Assembly (NCBI RefSeq): GCF_009914755.1
Contig: NC_060940.1
Source of the DNA: the human T2T-CHM13v2.0 reference genome, Homo sapiens
Length of the DNA stretch: 64,000 bases
Strand: one strand, 5' to 3'
The notes beneath the pieces were generated by a model. It searched no databases, was not told the DNA's origin, and saw only the letters and a list, made by a program, of their open reading frames with translations. A program made the translations under genes and the position numbers. Shown one piece after another: positions 59,633 through 64,000 of the stretch; the stretch's first letter is position 1, and the number at the start of each line of letters is the position of its first letter.

Positions 59633-62600
59633 GGCAACCTGAGATTTAGAAAAGGAATAACTATTTCTAAGGAATTCTGAAGCACGTGTCACCAGCAGTT
59701 AGCTCTAACAAGAGATTTTTATTGATTATATGTCCAGTGTAGGAGTTCATTGGATTCTTTTAGAGAAAAAGTCTAAAAAAGAAGTACTATTGCAGGGGAG
59801 AAAAGATAATAAAAGGTTTTCAAATGGATGCCCTCGAGTAGCTGTAAAATAGCCTACATATTGTGGCAAGAGATGTGGACCTTTGGGTTTTATTTGTGAT
59901 AAGTTCATAAGCTTACATCTTCTGTAAAATGTCACTTTCATACTTGGTCTATAGAATTCTCTAAAATCGACAGTAAAGAATATGCTATGGTACAGAATGT
60001 TGTCTTTGATACCAACCTTTAGATAATTTACTTAAAACTTCCTAGTATGTTTTTTAAAAAATCATTTTGGGTCCCTGTTCCTAAGCTTTTTACATTCTTT
60101 GGTGTTTGCAAGCCAGAAGGACCTCTTGGAGCTGTCAAGCTCCATTCTTCTTGCTGTACATAGAAGTAGTTTTCTTTATATTTGTCCTGAATTCACTTAG
60201 GTTTCAAGACATACCTCTCATTCTAGAATTCTAAGCACTTGGACTACAGTTCTTTAGTCATCATTAGCATTTATTATCTTAACTTTGTATTAGAAGAATC
60301 ATTGTTTTAGTCTACCTGTAGCCTATTTCCACTGATTTTCTTTAGTTGTGTTATTTAAATGCAATGATTATGACCTTATAAATTATTCTAAGAGGAGATG
60401 CAGAGTGGCCTTGCAGTTCAGTACTGACCATTCTGCATGAAATCCAGCACTTACAACAATGCCAGACATAGAGTATATGTGCAATAAACGTTTGAGTTAA
60501 TGAATCCCTTTAGGGCAGATTGTGGTTGTAATATTTTCAGTATTAAGTGACCAAGCATTCAGTTCTGGTAGTTTAGCTAAACATTCAGGTTTCATTTGAA
60601 GCTAATAAACAGACCACTGTGCAATCCAGGAAGACCGGTTTGTTCACTTTCCCATCCAGTAGTAATTAACTTTTGTAGTTGTGTTTATATAGAGTAAAGG
60701 TCAAAGGAAAAGGTGTATTTGAAGCAGTTACAGCAATTGGTTTGCAATAGTGAAAGATTTTCAGTATGCTAATTAAAAAGGGACAATTCAAATGGGATAT
60801 TATAAAATGTAAACTGTTCTTTTTGTAAACAGCTTTATTGAGGTATAATTGGCATCCAGTAAACTGCACATTTAAAGTGTACAATTTAATCAGTTCTGAC
60901 ACGTACACCCATGAAACTTTCACCCCAATAAGGATGATGAACATATCCATCACCCCCCAAAATTTCTTTGTATGGCTTTGTAATCCTTCCTGCATGCTCC
61001 TTTGCCCCTGTTTCCAGGCAACCACTGATCTGCTTTCTGTCTCTGTAGATTAGTTTGCTTGTTCGAGGGTTTTGTATAAGTGGAATCATGTTGTATGTAC
61101 TCTTCTTTGTTTGACTTCTTTCAGTCAGCCTAATTATTTTGAGATTTGTCCATGTTGTTGAGTACATCAATAGTTCATTTCTTCTTAGACATAGTTGGTT
61201 GTGTAGATATGCCACAATTTGTATATCTGTTCACTGTTTTTGTTGTTGTTGTTGATGTGTTTACTGTTGATGGCCATTTGGGTATTTCCAGTTTTGGGCT
61301 ATTACAAATAAAATCAATCTGAACATTTATATGCAAGTCTTCGTATGGACTCTGTTATCTCTTGAGTAAATACCTAGGAGTAGGATGGATGGGTGTCTGT
61401 TTAACTTTTTTTTCAGAACTGCCAAACTGTTTCCAAGTTGTCATTTCCTTTTATATTCCCAACTGCAGTACATGAGAATTCCAGTTGCTCTGTGTCTGGA
61501 ATTTGGTATGGTCAGTCTTTTCACATTATTCATTCTAATAGATGTGTAGAAGTAGCTCATCGTGGTTTTAATTTGCATTTTCCTAATGACTAATGGAGTT
61601 GAGCATATTTTCATGTACTTATTTGCCAATAGTTGGTAAAGTATCAAATCTTTTATATGTTTATTGGGTTGTTTGTTTTCTTATTATTACTGAGTTTTGA
61701 GAGTTCTTTGTATACTCTGGATATAGATTATCAGATTTATGATTTGCAATATTTTATCTCAGCCTATGACTTATCTTTTCACCCTCTTAACATTCTTTCA
61801 AAGAGCAGTTCTTAATTTTGATAAAGTTCAATTTATCAATTTTTTATTTTATGCATTGTGTTTTTGGTGTTAGAACTAGGAGCTCCACCTAACCTGAGGT
61901 CAGAGAAGGTATCTCCTTTGTTTTCTTGTAGAATTTTGATAGTTTTGGGTTTACACTTTGGTATATGACCCATTTTGACTTAAATTTTGCAATATGGCCC
62001 ATTTAGATTTAGTTGTTGCATGTGGTGAAAGATGTAGATCAAAGTTCATATTTCTTGCATATGGCTATTTAGTTGTTCGAGCACCATTTGTTGAAATGAC
62101 TATTCTCACTTCACTGAGTTGCCTTTGCATCTTTATAAAAAAATCAGTTGTTCATAAATGTGGGCCTATTTTGGCCTCTGTTTTGTTTCATTAATCTATT
62201 TGTCTTCACACCAGTACCACACTGTCTTAATTATTGTAGCTTTATAATGAGTCTTGAAATCTAGTAGTGTTAGTCCTCCAACTTTTTAATTTTTTACAAA
62301 GTTGTTTGAGCTATTCTGGGTCCTTTGCATATCCATTTGGAGTTTAGAATCAGCTTTTCAAGTTATACAAAACAGCCTGCTGGGATTTTTGACTGAGATA
62401 TTGATAGTCAGTTTGGAGAGAATTGACTTCTTAACAACATTAAGTCTGGGTCTTCCAAACCAAGAACATGTTATTTCTCTCAATTTATTTATATTTTTTA
62501 AAATTTCTCTAGGCAGTGTTTTTAAAGTAGAGATCTTACACATCTTTTGTCAGATTTATTCTAAATATTTTGTATTTTTTGGTGTTATTAAAATAGTATT

Positions 62601-62643
62601 TTTTAAATTTTCAATATAAAATTACGTGGGTTTTTTTGGTGGG

Positions 62644-63334
<691 letters not shown>

Positions 63335-64000
63335 TGAGTGCCTGTTACTTATTTTTCTTGCCTTATTGAACGAGCAGAACCTCTAGCAGAGCCTGTGTAA
63401 TGTTGAATAGAAATGTAAAAGTGGACATGCTTGTCTTGTTCCTCATATTAAAGGGAAAACACTAAGTCTTATTATTAAGTGTGATGTTAGCTATAGGTTT
63501 ATTGTGGACTCCTTTATCAGGTTGAGGATGTTCTCTTCTATTCCTAGTTTGCTGAGAGTTTTTAATCAGGAATGGATGTTGGATTTTGTTAGATATTTTT
63601 GAGCATCTATTGAGATAATCATATGGTTGTTATTTTTTAATTCGTTAATAGGGTGAATTGTATTGTGTATCGCATGGTAAACCAGCCTTACATTCCTAGG
63701 ATAAACCCCATTTGGTCATGTACCTTTTCTTATGTGTTGAATTTAATTTGTTAAAATTTTGTTTAGAATTTTTATATCTCTGCTCATGAGGGACATAAGA
63801 GCCTCTTCTAGTGTCTTTGGTTTTGGTATCAAGTTAATGCTGGCCTAATAGAACAAGATGGGGAGGATTTTCTCCTGTTCAATTTTATGAAAGAATTTAG
63901 ATAGAATTGGTATTACATTTTTCCTTAAACATCTGCTAGAATTCACCAGTGAAGCTATTTGGATCTAATGTTTTCTTTGAGAGATTTTAAACTACAAATT

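Noticed and set aside
62165-62174. CArG box CCTATTTTGG (SRF site) as an autoregulatory element
   Set aside because: Single match inside an old L1; expected by chance in 64 kb

Overview
Primate (most likely human) genomic DNA with no credible protein-coding exon. All supplied ORFs are explained by Alu, L1 or LTR sequence, simple repeats, or the GC-rich CpG island. Positions 1-34,200 are repeat-dense intergenic DNA (Alu, L1, L2, MIR, MaLR/ERVL LTRs, MER20, MADE1). A CpG-island promoter at about 34.2-35.1 kb carries a perfect NRF1 site, GC boxes and a TCTCGCGAGA motif. It opens a + strand gene with a short GGC-rich non-coding exon 1 ending at 34626 and a 65-nt non-coding exon 2 (42552-42616), followed by a long intron that runs off the window. 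From memory this architecture matches the 5' end of MRTFB (MKL2); this was not checked against a database. I found no convincing novel multi-gene system. The best unexplained structures are: (1) a ~120-bp inverted copy of neighbouring DNA inserted inside an L1PA 3' UTR; (2) an identical 20-nt non-Alu leader shared by two truncated Alu-like inserts 12.4 kb apart; (3) a THE1 remnant missing its 5' part yet retaining an apparent TSD; (4) a doubly TSD-flanked Alu plus orphan insert; (5) an ATG-TAA start-stop element and an AATAAA in 5'UTR exon 2. Repeat subfamily calls and boundaries were made by eye and are approximate.
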